From the NCBI RefSeq assembly GCF_001194135.2, contig NC_068999.1, positions 17,976,946 through 18,040,945 of the forward strand: 64,000 nucleotides of DNA, given 5' to 3'. A program made the translations under genes and the position numbers. Below are positions 24,715-38,357 of this stretch, piece after piece. Source of the DNA: Octopus bimaculoides (taxonomy: Eukaryota). Each line of letters opens with the position of its first letter. Positions within the stretch are counted from its first letter, which is position 1. A model generated the notes under the pieces. The model was not told the origin of the DNA. It made no database searches and saw only the letters and a program-made list of their open reading frames with translations.

Positions 24715-27303
24715 TACCTATTGTTTATGTTTTCATGAAAACCATAAATCTCAATTTTTTTCTCTTAATGATATCCGACAACCAGTTATCAATGTTTTGC
24801 AATAAACAAGAAATACTAAGTAAATAAGGATTTTAAAATGTTAATGGATATGGAAAAGAATTATAATCGCTCTTTCTTAGTTGAAAATAAATGCACAATG
24901 GTAGTTAAATTTTCTTTTCTTCCAATTTGTAATCAAGTCACTTGAGGCTCTCGATCACAACTGATCCTTTCACAGACACTTGAAATGAAAATCTGATATT
25001 TTGAAAGTGTCATCAATTGGTTTCTAGCAATATACAGAAATATTTGATGTCTGCGACTTCAATTCGTTATTGCAGCTCCAACAACTCAGTATCAAAGATA
25101 CGAACATTATCTTCTGAATTTATATTCAATATAAAAGCACCATATCTCTGAACTCGTAGGAATCTTCAAGTATGTACGAAGTCATTTCTATCGGGATTAT
25201 AAGCTTGCACGTTCAAGAATACGTTTACATGGAGACATTCACCGAAATTGAAACTGAATAATTTACTTTTGCTTTGTCTTTCCAGTCGCTTTTAATGTTG
25301 TTATTGTTGCTGTCGCGGCTGATACGTCCAGTAGTCATTAGGGAAGTAAAATAACCAAATAGTTTTTTGAAATATAAACATATCGGCACGTTATGAGTAT
25401 CTATGATGTTCAATTATGGATCATATTTTTAAGGCAGAATAGAAAATGTTTTGAGGTGCATGTTGGCTGCTTATTCTAGAATTGGAACTGCGATAGAGCT
25501 ATGGAAGCAGAGTAAATGATTTCTATGGTAAAGTAAGAAAATTATATGAAATTAATGTTTCATTCAAATTCAGCTTAATATAATAGAGAAAAAAATATTT
25601 CCTTATAAATTTTATGTGACAATCTTTATAAGTGCAATCTAAATTTCGAAAGCTATTCACCCTTGAGGAAAATTATGTTTCTGTGTCTAGCCACACTCAA
25701 TCTTTGATACAACAGATGTATATATAAACAGTAGGAGTATCAAATATTGAGTAAGATATGTGGTCTTTCTTTTATAAAACGATGTGAAAGCTGATTTGGG
25801 CACATCGTTTTCATTATAGACGCTTCTTCTGTACTTTTAGGATGACTGCCATAGCACAGGTAGATTTTAAACAGATGTTAGTACATGTGACATTGAGTGG
25901 AGCAGGTTAGCTGAAACTTTTTTACTGGATTTTCTTGCTATTTGTTAACGTCAATAATATCTGATAAAGCGAATGTGTAAATTATTCATTCCCAATATGA
26001 ACTTACTGTATATTTTATATATTATTGGTGACGTATATTTATATATATATATATATATATATGAACAAAGAGAGAGTAATATGTTATCGAATATACATTT
26101 TATTTATCATTTATAAGAGATTAAGTGCATGAAAGTAAGGGGATTTGGCTGTATATTCTATCAGGTCCCGCGAACAAATGAAGACGCCACCCGGTCTCAT
26201 AACAGAGCGATGTATTTCATTTAACCCACAAGAAGCCTGATTAAAGTTATTTAAAGTCGAAATTTTCAATTCATTAAAAATTTCAGTTTCTTCTATCGTC
26301 ATGTAAATAACGCTATATTAACGCCCCTAGTCTTAAGCAACATGAAGTTTAAGACCATAAAGTAAAATCGAAAAGATATATATTTTATTTTTCTCTCAGG
26401 TTGAGCGATCACCTAGAGGCTCGAGAAAGACTGTTCTTCATTCCTTATTCTTTATAGCAAAACATTCTTAATTGCTTAAAATAGTGAATTAAAATGACTA
26501 AACATAATTTAATTACGCATTTCAATTACAGAAATTCATATTTTCCTAAATTTAAGTGACTTGAAGTATGTATTCTCAACCTGCTAATGGAGTTCCTAGA
26601 TATGTCACGAAATCATTCGTGTTCTCATTGACTACCAGCATTTTTAAATGCATCACTTGATGAAATGTGGTGATTTGTCACATTCTATATTATAAAAAAA
26701 AAATAGGAGATCGCCAAAATTGTATTTATTGGTCAGTTTTTTTGATACCTAGCTATTGAAAGAGGTGGGTTTTTTTTTCTGTGAGATTTAAATTCGTGAT
26801 TATTCAAAAAGACAATTTACTTTATCGAATGTATGTTTTTCCTTCCTTTTTTTGTTTTTGTTGTGACAGTTCTCATGTCCAAAATTTGGTTCGGAAAGTT
26901 ATTAAAAGCGTGCATCTATACTTTTAAGAATATGTGTGTAAGAGAATCTGTATCTATAGTGTGTTGCTTGTTTAAGTGAATTGTTCGACACAAGCACATG
27001 ATGCACGTACACACACACACGCACGCACACACACACACGCACGCGCACACGCAAACAAACATACACACACATATATTTCTAGAGTTTGGTAATGGGACAA
27101 CTGTCATTTATCCGTTCTCTCGTAAGATATTTAAGGAATTATTAAATCTATCGTGATAAGTACTCGCAAAAATACAGACCTAATGCAAGATAACTAACGT
27201 CGTTGTGTAATCTCGTATATTTACACTTCCGTGTGACACGCTTCTGAAGTTCTGAAAATCTCTTCGTCTGTAATCATTGTCCGTCTTGTTAACCCATAAA
27301 TAC

Positions 27304-27334
<31 letters not shown>

Positions 27335-28130
27335 NNNNNNNNNNNNNNNNNNNNNNNNNNNNNNNNNNNNNNNNNNNNNNNNNNNNNNNNNNNNNNNNNN
27401 NNNNNNNNNNNNNNNNNNNNNNNNNNNNNNNNNNNNNNNNNNNNNNNNNNNNNNNNNNNNNNNNNNNNNNNNNNNNNNNNNNNNNNNNNNNNNNNNNNNN
27501 NNNNNNNNNNNNNNNNNNNNNNNNNNNNNNNNNNNNNNNNNNNNNNNNNNNNNNNNNNNNNNNNNNNNNNNNNNNNNNNNNNNNNNNNNNNNNNNNNNNN
27601 NNNNNNNNNNNNNNNNNNNNNNNNNNNNNNNNNNNNNNNNNNNNNNNNNNNNNNNNNNNNNNNNNNNNNNNNNNNNNNNNNNNNNNNNNNNNNNNNNNNN
27701 NNNNNNNNNNNNNNNNNNNNNNNNNNNNNNNNNNNNNNNNNNNNNNNNNNNNNNNNNNNNNNNNNNNNNNNNNNNNNNNNNNNNNNNNNNNNNNNNNNNN
27801 NNNNNNNNNNNNNNNNNNNNNNNNNNNNNNNNNNNNNNNNNNNNNNNNNNNNNNNNNNNNNNNNNNNNNNNNNNNNNNNNNNNNNNNNNNNNNNNNNNNN
27901 NNNNNNNNNNNNNNNNNNNNNNNNNNNNNNNNNNNNNNNNNNNNNNNNNNNNNNNNNNNNNNNNNNNNNNNNNNNNNNNNNNNNNNNNNNNNNNNNNNNN
28001 NNNNNNNNNNNNNNNNNNNNNNNNNNNNNNNNNNNNNNNNNNNNNNNNNNNNNNNNNNNNNNNNNNNNNNNNNNNNNNNNNNNNNNNNNNNNNNNNTATA
28101 TATATATATATATATATCCAAAGACACACA

Positions 28131-28936
28131 CACGGGTGGAAAGTCAACAATTATCGCACTTCCCCATAACGTATCTTTATCAATGTCCTACTACCTACTG
28201 CGCATGCGAGCTTATAATTTGTACAATTGTGGTCGGGTGGTCGAAATCTGACCCTGATCACGCCATTTTCTTTCAGCCTTAGCAACGTGCACCAGAGAAG
28301 AATAGAGGGCAGTGATATGATTTCTCTGATGAGACATTGTTATGTGACAGGTGCGGAAATTCATCAACGTCTTCTGGCACAATTTGTTAATGGTTTCATC
28401 GGTGTGGGTGACCATGTGTTGGCTTTAATTGTCATGCTACAAGAACATTTCCTTTGACAATAGGCTTCGACACTTGGTGCAAATTGCTAGCTTCAGCTTG
28501 TTTGCCAGTAAATCACAGTAACTCGCTCTGTTGATCGTAAACCCCTTTTCCCGGTAGTCTACCAGTATAGGCTTGTTCGAGTCCCAAAGAAGCTTTAGCA
28601 TCACTTTTGCTACGGAAGACTGAGTCTTAAATTTCTTCGTCGTTTGTAAGCCAGGATATTCCCACACCATACTCTGTACTTTGGATTCCGCCTCATAATG
28701 ATAGACCCACGTTTCATCTCCTATGAATATTCTGCTCAAAAATTCGTGTAGAGATATCGAACAAACGTTGCGCTTGTGCTCTGCACCAAGCTCTCTTGGC
28801 ACCCATTTTGGAGAAGGAAACATTGCGCGATCAGGCTCAAACTTTGATCACGTGATGACAATAGTACTTACTAAAAGCTCGCATGGGCAGTAGGCAGTGA
28901 GACGATAGGATATGTTACAGCGAAAGTGCGGATAAC
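28131..28936. mobile_element. Rearranged mariner relic with two inverted 5' ends
   Basis: + strand N-terminus ATCTREE*RAVI*FL..GAEIHQRLLAQF (28282-28385). Minus-strand catalytic region with WVPR (28794-28805), GDETW (28707-28721) and HDN (28428-28436). Terminal ~115-bp arms (28149-28263 and 28824-28936) are inverted homologues. Confidence 0.85.
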
Positions 28937-29318
28937 GAATAAATTGCAGAGAAAACAGCACAATGCAGACATATATGTAGATATATGATATACTCTCTAT
29001 AGGTTCATACACAAAAAGCACGATTGAAACAAAGAAAAGCTCGAAACAATATTTGTTTTTATATATATATAAACAGGAGAGAAGCCAATTAGCAAAATTT
29101 AATTATTCTTACAACATGAAAATGCAAATACTAAAAATTCAAAACCTTGACTAATTCATTATAAATATCGATTTATCTACTATTTTCAGCAATATTTTTA
29201 AATATTAGAAATTGTAGACGTAATTGGACTATTTCTCAATTACTAATATACTTCCGGTATCTGTGACTGCACACAGTCATTTTTAATAGTCCATGTATCT
29301 ATTTGCCTCTCACTCTTT

Positions 29319-29351
<33 letters not shown>

Positions 29352-29589
29352 ATCTCCCAAAACAAACCCAGCAAGAAAAATCAACAACGCGAGTATGTTT
29401 TACATGGAAAGTATTAGAGGATTTTCATGGAAGGAAAGCAAGGTAGTTTTACATTTCGAGCAGAGCTCTTCGTTAGTTACAGGAGACGGAGGAAAGTCCA
29501 AGAGAAAACGGAGACGGTGGAAAAATATATCGCCAATGATCCACATATGTGTGGATACAGAGAGCGAAAGTGAGAGAGATACATATATA

Positions 29590-29829
29590 TGTCGCTCTCT
29601 CTCTCTCGATCTCTCTCTCTCGCTCTCTCTCTCTCGCTCTCTATCCCTCACTCTCTCCCTCGCCTTCTCTCCCTCGCTCTCTCTCCCTCGCTCTCTCTAT
29701 CTCACTCTCTCTATCTCACTCTCTCTCTCTGTATGCACATGCACACATATAAATTTATCCACACGGACACACAGAGACACACAGAGACACACAGACACCC
29801 ACGCACACACACACACACACATTCACACT

Positions 29830-29861
<32 letters not shown>

Positions 29862-29870
29862 TATAAAAAA
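29590..29870. repeat. (CT)n followed by (CA)n microsatellites
   Basis: Direct observation. Confidence 0.9.
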
Positions 29871-30040
29871 AAGAAATAACCCTGGAGATATGATGATGAT
29901 GATGATGTTATGNNNNNNNNNNNNNNNNNNNNNNNNNNNNNNNNNNNNNNNNNNNNNNNNNNNNNNNNNNNNNNNNNNNNNNNNNNNNNNNNNNNNNNNN
30001 NNNNNNNNNNNNNNNNNNNNNNNNNNNNNNNNNNNNNNNN

Positions 30041-30072
<32 letters not shown>

Positions 30073-30074
<2 letters not shown>

Positions 30075-30299
30075 CGCGTGTGGGATGCTGTAAAGTTCAT
30101 TTGGGCTTTGGGGAAAAGAAAATACAGGAGGATCAGTTAATTATAATTTTATTTAGCACACTTCCTTCTCAGATTCACACACTTATTGCAGCAGTCCTTG
30201 ACATTTTTTTTTTGTTCTATAAAACATCTATTAAATTTGGACCTCCAAGCAGGGCTTCTGCTATACACTAAAAGCCAGGAATTTTTCAGCACCCTCCTA
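30073..30299 (-). mobile_element. Mariner-derived MITE (~227 bp) retaining the transposase C-terminus
   Basis: TIRs: TACG..GGATGCTGTAAAGTTCATTTGGGCTTT (30073-30109), and the reverse complement of 30271-30299, TAGGAGGGTGCTGAAAAATTCCTGGCTTT. The internal minus-strand peptide KDCCNKCVNLRRKCAK* resembles the mariner terminus (..RW.KCV.L.GDYVE*). Confidence 0.7.
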
Positions 30300-32611
30300 T
30301 GTGTTCTTGAATATCATTGTTAAGAGCTGCTATTTGATGCAAGCACAAATGACCTACTTTAAAACACTGTGTGTCTGTGTTTTTGTGCGCACGTGCGTGT
30401 CTGTGCATGCGTGTGTGTGTGTGTATACACGTATGTGTATTGTTAAGTGTTATTATGTACAATATATACGAGAATGGTTGCTCCACCTTGCCGTTGTCTG
30501 AGCGTTATACTCATTTTACAAGCGTTTGTTACAATTTAATTCAAAGTTCATTGCATCTAGATGAAATGGTAAAAGACATACTATATTAAAATATGATTAC
30601 ATTATAAAACAACAGGAAACAATTGTTATACAATGAACACAAAATTAATTTAACGATTCTAAAAGAGAAATGTTCAAATATACTTCGGAACGAAGCAATA
30701 ATATGGAGATGCAATTAAACGTGTCATACTTTGAACGTTCTACATGTACTTCAGACTTCATGAAATATATAAGAATAGAGAGTAGTTCCATTAGATACCA
30801 GGAAATTTTGACTCGATAAATTATGTAGATCAATTAGTAACATTGTGAATGTACTATATATATGCAAACACGTGTATGTGTGTATTCGTGTATTTAGTAT
30901 ACCAGTAAACAACACTTACCTCACAGTGAGAAATCTTATAAGTTTGTTCGATCAATTTTAGTTTGCAATTGTTATATTGAGAAGTCGTAGCATGTGTTTC
31001 ATAAATGCTAATGTTTTAACTGATATATCTGAATTACATTTTCAAAAAGATACTAATTGATTTATACAATTTATACAGTGGAAATTTCCGGGCATCTAAT
31101 CGAATTACTATTAATATATATTTCTTGAAGTCTGAAGCATATGTTGAAAGTTCGATCATATTTTCATCATATTTTACAATACATTTTATATTATTTTGTC
31201 TTGGTTTTTCCTTTACTCTCATTGAATTATTAGTTTGTTCATTGTATAACGGCTATTTTATGATGTTATGTTGTTTTACAATATGAACAATTGTTTAGCG
31301 CAATATTCAATTTGAAATGTTATCCGAGATATAATGAACTTTGGTATTTACTTAACAATATTTTTATTATGTATCTAGATATGATGAGAATTTAGAAAAT
31401 ATTGCACTATGAAATCCGTAAGTACGAGTATGAATAAGAAAACAAGCACAGCAATGTGATAAAAGCAATCATTTGTAACGAAGTATATTCTACATTAATA
31501 ATTTGCTGTTGAAATATTTGTTGTTGGTTTGTCAGCCAACAGACGACATGGGTATTATAAACAATGTTCGAAATGAGGCAATCACCTCATATATATTCAG
31601 GACTAGTGTTTCCAATAATTCATATGGTGTATGCAAGTTCTGCAGGATTCGAAATAATAAGGTATCTGTTCATTCTCAAAACGCGGTGGCAAATTCGATT
31701 ATATGTTGTAACATTTTACGAACAAATTACTCCTAAAGTGGGGAGGTATTCCTCAAACATGATCGACCCCACCACCACTTATGTTCAAACTGAGAATGAA
31801 TAGAAATATTATTGCTTGGATTTCGCAGTTTTCAATATACCTCCTGGATTTTGATAGTTTCGCCGACATCAGCACGCATCATAAATAATTTGCTGATTTC
31901 TATAAACAAATGCCAGAGACTATTTAAATACAAAATATCATGGAAAAGTTTGACTGGGGAATCACACAATAAGATCAAGAGTCATCAAGTTGTCTCAGAC
32001 GCCTGAAATCTCCGAAATGCAAGTGCTAAGAACATACAAGAGCTACAGGCAGGATATATTCGTACATCATTTCCGAATCTACCACATCGTATTGAGATTG
32101 AATGTTTACATTATATACTGTATATTCCAACGTATAAATCATCATTGTTGTGCTCCAGTTGATCTTATCTAGGCCAAATATTCTTATTTAGTAAGTAGAG
32201 AGGTGATTCAATACGTAAATATTACCATAATGTAGCTAACACGAATATAATTTCATGAAGGTGCTGCAAAGGTTTAATACTAAGTAGAGTGATAATGTGT
32301 ACGCTTAGGTGTCTGCTGAATCTTATAACAATGAGAACTTCGTTATTTTGAAATCTATTAAGTGCGTACAAAAGTAAATGATTTTATGTAGCAGTTAGAA
32401 TTCTCTCATACAAGATACAAAAGGAAATAATCAGGTATATCTTGCGCCTTTCAAAATATATTATAAATAAATTAAGAAACTTTTTTGGATGATGTGAACT
32501 GTATAAGACGTAGTTTATCAATAAAATTGTGTGAGAAAAATGATTGGAAATAAAAATCATCTTAGATTTCTTCATGAACTTGATACATATGCTTGTTTGC
32601 CTGAAAGCGTT

Positions 32612-32912
32612 AAGCTTAGTGGTTAGAGCTTCGGGCTCACAATAATGCGATAGCGAGTTCAATTCCCAAACCGTGCAGTGGGTTGTTTTCTTGAGCAAGA
32701 CATTTTATTTTACGCTGCTCCAGTTCACTCAGTAATAGAAATGAGTTACGACGTCACTAGTGCCAATCGGCCTTTGCTTTTTCTTGGATAACATCGGTGG
32801 CATGGAGAGAGGAGGCTGGTATGCATGGTTGATTGCTGCTTTTCCATAAACAACCTTACCCGGCTTGTGCCTCAGGGGAGAATATTCTTGGTGCAATCCC
32901 ATGGTCACTCAT
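32612..32912 (+). mobile_element. tRNA-derived SINE, family D
   Basis: A-box-like AGCTTAGTGGTTAGA (32613-32627) and B-box GAGTTCAATTCC (32655-32666), followed by TTCTTGAGCAAGACATT, which resembles the conserved central domain of CORE/V-type SINEs. Confidence 0.75.
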
Positions 32913-33150
32913 GCGTTATTAGCATCGCGCATTGGATATTTGATTTATAACCAATCGCCAGTTACCCATCGTCAATGTATTCCTCTTTGGTGGCTGTTGC
33001 AGAACGACGAGACATTGGGTCCTGTTTAAAACGCTCCCATCCCCTCCTCAATTCAGTTACCCTCTTTTGCGCTGTTATAAAGCTGGGGCGTCATCCTCTA
33101 ATGTGTCAACTACGTCAGATTAAATGCCCTTGGAAGATAAACCCTTTATT

Positions 33151-33245
33151 TGTGATAATAACAAACAAGATGAGGACAAATATATGGGAAATGTAAATAA
33201 TGTAAATAATGTACATAATTCCTCGTCTCTTAAATATAGAACTAT
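33151..33245 (+). repeat. Fragment of the same repeat family as 39146-39450
   Basis: Shares ACAAACA and AAATAATGTAAATAATGTA with 39261-39270 and 39430-39450. Confidence 0.6.
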
Positions 33246-33279
33246 AGCATTCCGAACGTCTTTATTTTCTGAGTTCGGA

Positions 33280-33400
33280 TTCCGCAAATATCGACTTAAA
33301 GTGTCATGCTTTTGAGGTCAGAAAAAAAGTATCAATCGAGCACTGGGGTTGATCTAATTGACTTATCCCCTCCTACGAAATTCGTAGCCAATTTATATAG
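33280..33400 (+). mobile_element. SINE family C fragment
   Basis: AAGTATCAATCGAGCACTGGGGTTGATCTAATTGACTTATCCCC is similar to 61980-62020 and to the reverse complement of 45460-45520. Confidence 0.55.
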
Positions 33401-33559
33401 CAGTCCTTTGTATCATACTAAGGAGATACAGAAATGTTCACCGGAAATACAAAGATTTAACAAACTCTATTACATGATATACCATCAATTTTACTTTTAA
33501 CATTCTGTTTCTATGATAGTTTCAAATTTTAATTCATTAAATTCCAAAAATAAGTCCAG

Positions 33560-33860
33560 TACTTCTCTTGTGATGCATAAGTTCTTCTGTCGCTCCTTTT
33601 CGCCAAAGTATGGAAACATAAACAACCAACACCACTAGTCAAAAGGCAATGAGAGATAAACATAACACACACGCAAGCTCACAGACGCACACACATACAT
33701 ACGCACACGCAAACACAAGCAAACATATACATACGATCGACTTCCTCACAGTTTCTGTTTACCATAGTCACTCACAACGTATTCCTCGCCCAGGGGATAT
33801 AGTTAAATGACATCCCCGAGTTACCGCGCAGTGAAACTGAAAGCGATACCATGAATCTGA
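33560..33860 (-). mobile_element. SINE family A, degraded
   Basis: ACATAAACAACCAACACCACTAGTCAAAAGG..(CA)n..CAGTTTCTGTTTACCATAGTCACTCACAAC..CCGCGCAGTGAAACTGAAAGCGATACCATG, collinear with family A. Confidence 0.55.
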
Positions 33861-36252
33861 TACCAGATGAGGTACATTTGCTTTTATTTATGTAGTGTAT
33901 CAGGAGATTTCCTTTAAGAATTAACCTGAGCGTATTAACATTCCAAATATAACATGTTTCGGTTAAAAAAATTAAAGCCACATTATGTGGAGTACCATTT
34001 CTTTCAGTGCAAATGAGTAGAAGTTTGTTAATTATTTTAGTTAATTTTTTTAGCTATTATCTAACAGGTGTGATAGAGAGAACACCTTATTTTTGACTTC
34101 ATTTCTTTTGAGATGGATTCGTATAAAATATAAATAATGTCATATAATAATCTCATTACGAAAATCGCTAAAATGAATAAAAACAAAAACGAAGATAATA
34201 AAACAAAATATATGAGAAAATAACACCTTCCCCTCAAACTCGTAAATAGTTCAGCAATTACAGAATTAGGTTCCCACAAGGCGTTATAGCGTTATTAATT
34301 ATACATCGATCGAGTTCCATTGTTGTATTTTGTTTTAGGCATGTCTAATTGTTATCGGCATATCAATATTTCATTGCTGGGTCAGCTAATGCCAATTGCT
34401 TTCCTTTCAGATTTTTGACGTTTATTTTGATTACTTCTATTTCGTTTAAAACAGATCTGCCTTGTATGATAATAACACTTTACTTTCCAAGTGTTGCATC
34501 GTTCAATGAATGTTAGTTGTGTTTTCTTTGGTTTTGCCAAATACTTTGCGAATTCTCTTTGTTTTGCCTAATTTTCCTACGTTTGCTCAGTCAACTGCAA
34601 TCGAGATTCGTAAAAGAGGTTTAAATACAATCTAAACAGTTTTTTTAATAGTTAAATGTTTTATGTTCCCTTTAAGAGCTTCATATTATTACGGATTTAC
34701 ATTACAAATATGTAACATATTTATAGATTAACGTTCTTACAACTCTTTCTGTATACATAAATTCCACTATGGTTTAAATATGAGTGCATTCAGTAAAATA
34801 CTATACTATATTATATATACTTTATAATGTACTATAATATATTGATTTATATACACTCAAAAGAATGTTAAAATCTCGAATGTACTGTTACATAAGATAT
34901 TGAAACAGCGGTCGGAAACATTTTGGTCTGGATCATCGCAGCTTCATCTTTTTGCGAGTAAAATAAATTCTACAAGCAAATGATACGCACCTTTCCATTA
35001 TAATGTTTCAAAACCCGTTTGTGCCTACATCTATTTTCTTCTTCTTTGCTTTTAAATATCATTGTTCTTCTAATTGTTAACAGGCATGCATTGAAATGCT
35101 TTAAATCACTCAGATGTAGATAATATTTTCAATTTATGAAATAGGCAAGGGTCACATATGCATAATTGAATATCTGTCACTATATATAAATATGTATTCA
35201 TAGTTATACACTTATGTACAACCTGGGCAATAATATGTTCATCAGTGACAAGTTTACTCGCTGCAATTTACGTCCCAATTTAACTCAGTTAAATATATAC
35301 ACGTATACATGATTTAACAGACATACGAAATCATACATACTAATACAGTATTCAAATATAGTGTATGTATATGAGTCTGCGGTGCGTGTCGGGAGTCTGA
35401 TTATATCGTTGTGTCTATGTGCAATCTCGTACGTATATTTATTTATCTACTTCTGTATCAATCGTTATATACATACATGCTTAAACATGCACAAACGCAC
35501 ATATTATACTGTCTTAGGAAACGTTTTCTCTCAGTCTTTATCATATATTGTGGTTAAGAGCATTATAAAATTTCAACCATAACTGCGACCAAAGGCTTAA
35601 ATAAATGTAATTCTAAAAATAAATCTTACTACCGTTTTTCCATTTATTAAGAAGCATATATAATATAAAATTAGTCTATCGCACAGCACCACTCCGGGGT
35701 TCATGTTATAGACATTTGATTCAAAGCGTTCAGATAGAGAGGAATATGTATCTTCTTTTGGTAAGCGTACTTGTGTTAATACACAAATAAATTTATCGTT
35801 GGAAGCTCGAATATGGTAAAATGTAATATTGGAGAGAAACGACGGTCTGCAGGCTGACGCTCGATTAAATAATCTTCAGTTAACTCGCGGCAATGTGTTT
35901 AAATAACAGGCATTCATCTACATCTGCTATATACAACTATGTCTTATTCTGCAATAACACACTCCCGATTTTGTTTTTGTGAAATATGCATTGCAAGAAT
36001 ATATCAAATGAGAAAGTGTTGGCTTCAACTATCAAATATTCAGACAGGTTTCTGATAATACTCGTTTGCAATTTTAAACCGCTAATTTTATGCATATTTT
36101 GTTTCTACTTTGATGATTGGTCTTTTTTTTTAAAAAAAAGAAAAAAAAAAGCAATACCCACTTTTACTTTTGTTGCTGTTTTGTGAATAAGGGACTATCG
36201 AAAATTTTGATTCGCACCAGTTTGAAGCCTTAATTTGTGGANNNNNNNNNNC

Positions 36253-37000
36253 TGAGTGTCAACAGAAGAATGATGGAAAAGATCAGAGAGGAACTTGAAG
36301 ATTTAGGATTCGCCTACAAGGTGACAGCAGAGAGGAAAACCCAAAAATCGAAAGTCTGATGCCATCAGAAGGCTAGAATCCGTTGCTGAAATCCAGGAGT
36401 TCATCAACGATCATCGCAACGAGTGAATGGTTGATGTTACACGCTAGGCAGTACATCTCGAAGTTGGTATATGAAAACATTCGCTACTTTACACACAAGT
36501 TGAGGATGCGACATGTTCTGTCCAAGGTAATGCTGGAAAAGGGGCTCAATCACACCAAGAAGCTGATCAACAAATTGAAACACAAGCTGGAGCCAGACAT
36601 GCTGTGGCTTTCCTCCAAAAAGAGGAAGATCAGCAAATATAAGATCAACTCCCAGAACAACAGGTGGTTCGCTGTATCATCCAGGACTCGACCAGAATCA
36701 TGTAGACGAAATTTCCAGCGATAATTATGTTCTTCGGTATTGTCAGCAGTGAAGGTGATATCATCCTCTGCATGTCTACTCCGAGAACACTAGGCTGAGC
36801 ACCAACACTACATCGTGTTCTGAACAAGCGCGGTGGTGAAACCCAGGGTCGACCGAATAGCTGCACTGAGGTCCTACACGCGGCAGCAACATGAAGGACG
36901 AGCTGAGGGCCAAGTTTATTAGGACCTTCAGAGATCTAAAAAGGAAGACATTGATGAACTCAGTGGCTGATGTCGAGGTCACCAGGAGGGGGAGTCATTC
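36253..37000 (+). mobile_element. Degenerate IS630/Tc1/mariner transposase relic (maT/DD37D-like), internally deleted
   Basis: Peptides IRYFTHKLRMRHVLS, KKLINKLKHKLEPDMLW, KINSQNNRWFA, TKFPAIIMFFGIVSSEGDI (from 36706), VVKPRVDRIAALRSYTRQQ, then a jump to KDELRAKFIRTFRDL. The region with the third catalytic residue is missing, so the subfamily is inferred. Confidence 0.75.
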
Positions 37001-38228
37001 AGGTCACAGGCAGGTTCATCGAGTGACAGGTTGCTGCTTGTCACATCTCCGTCAGTTGAATATGGTGGAAACCCGACAACGGATGTTGAAAAACAAAATC
37101 ATTGAATTCGTGCACGGAGTACAAATGGCTTGTTTGAATGATTTCTCTCTTTACAAGTTTTACGATGGTGTGCCATCACCTTAGCTGTTATCTATCACAA
37201 CTGGCAGCAGAGCAAGATAATCTCTAATTCTATGAGCAGAAGAGCTGTAACGCGTCCTCCCTCAAGGATATGAAGATTGAAACATTGAAACATTTTGGCC
37301 AAGACATTAGCAAAGAGATTAGAGCGTGTTGTCTGTATATTGATTAGTAATGCGCAGGTGTATGCTACCTAGATGAGATCGAATCACAATAATCTGAAAC
37401 CCGTACTTTACGTCATAATGTAGACGGGTAAGGAACCTGACTCGAGCGGGGGTCCTGATCAGTTTATATCAAAGAAATGCTTTCGACAACGTGAACACAA
37501 TAAATAGTGGTTGTCACAACATTTTTGATCCGTACTTCGAGTGTTAAATTTGAACAGAGAAAGAGAAGGGGCAATACATATACGAAAAGGAAATATTTTC
37601 AATGCCATAATAAAACATTAAATTTTCTTTCTATACCGTTAAGAAATTTCAAAATTCCAAATGTTTCTTGGGTGTTTTCAATTTCATGTTAATAAAATGA
37701 ATCATTGAATTTGTCGGCTGGCATTTAACTCCAAATTGGCATTTCGGAGTTAAGACCATGATGACAAGGAAGTATTATTCTTATCATAATAAGAATAGTA
37801 ATTCTATATATACAGGGTCCGCCATAAGTAACTATATATTTTCTTTTGCTTGTAACTTGATACGTACTCAATTTTTCTATTTCATATGTCATTTGAAAGT
37901 GGAAATCTTATATCTTTATTTCTTTTTTCTCCCTATTTCGGATACATTGTTATATCGATTATGTCTACCTGATTAACAAAAGAGCAAACAATTGCAGTTT
38001 TGAAATTGCTACGCTACAGAACATGTATGCAGAGGCTCTGTAGTCTTCGAATCAGCTTTTACTTTGTGGTTTTGGGAAGCCTATTTTCTAAATAGTGGTA
38101 TCCCAGTGAACCAAGAATTACTGGTATAAACTGAAATTTGTAATCTGGATAGAGCAGCTGTAGCTATTTACTTTTACGTTGGACGTTAGTTTTATGTTAA
38201 CATCCGATGGCCAACTGATTTATACAGC

Positions 38229-38357
38229 TGTTCATAGTCTTTTCTCCTCTATCACAAATCATTATACCAGGTCTATTATTTTTACCTTTTATACAGGTTT
38301 TCTCCACCAGTAATCCTTTGTTTAATATGACTAGCTATGTCTTCTACCATAGTACGG
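38229..38357. repeat. Left arm of a 129-bp perfect inverted repeat
   Basis: Its reverse complement is identical by eye to 39284-39412. Confidence 0.95.

Noticed and set aside
25841-26460. Possible small exons at 25841-25905 and from 26400
   Set aside because: Splicing them together gives an immediate stop, and there is no supporting homology.
37810-38225. TACAGGGT.. start suggesting a Tc1/mariner MITE
   Set aside because: No convincing matching inverted terminus found.
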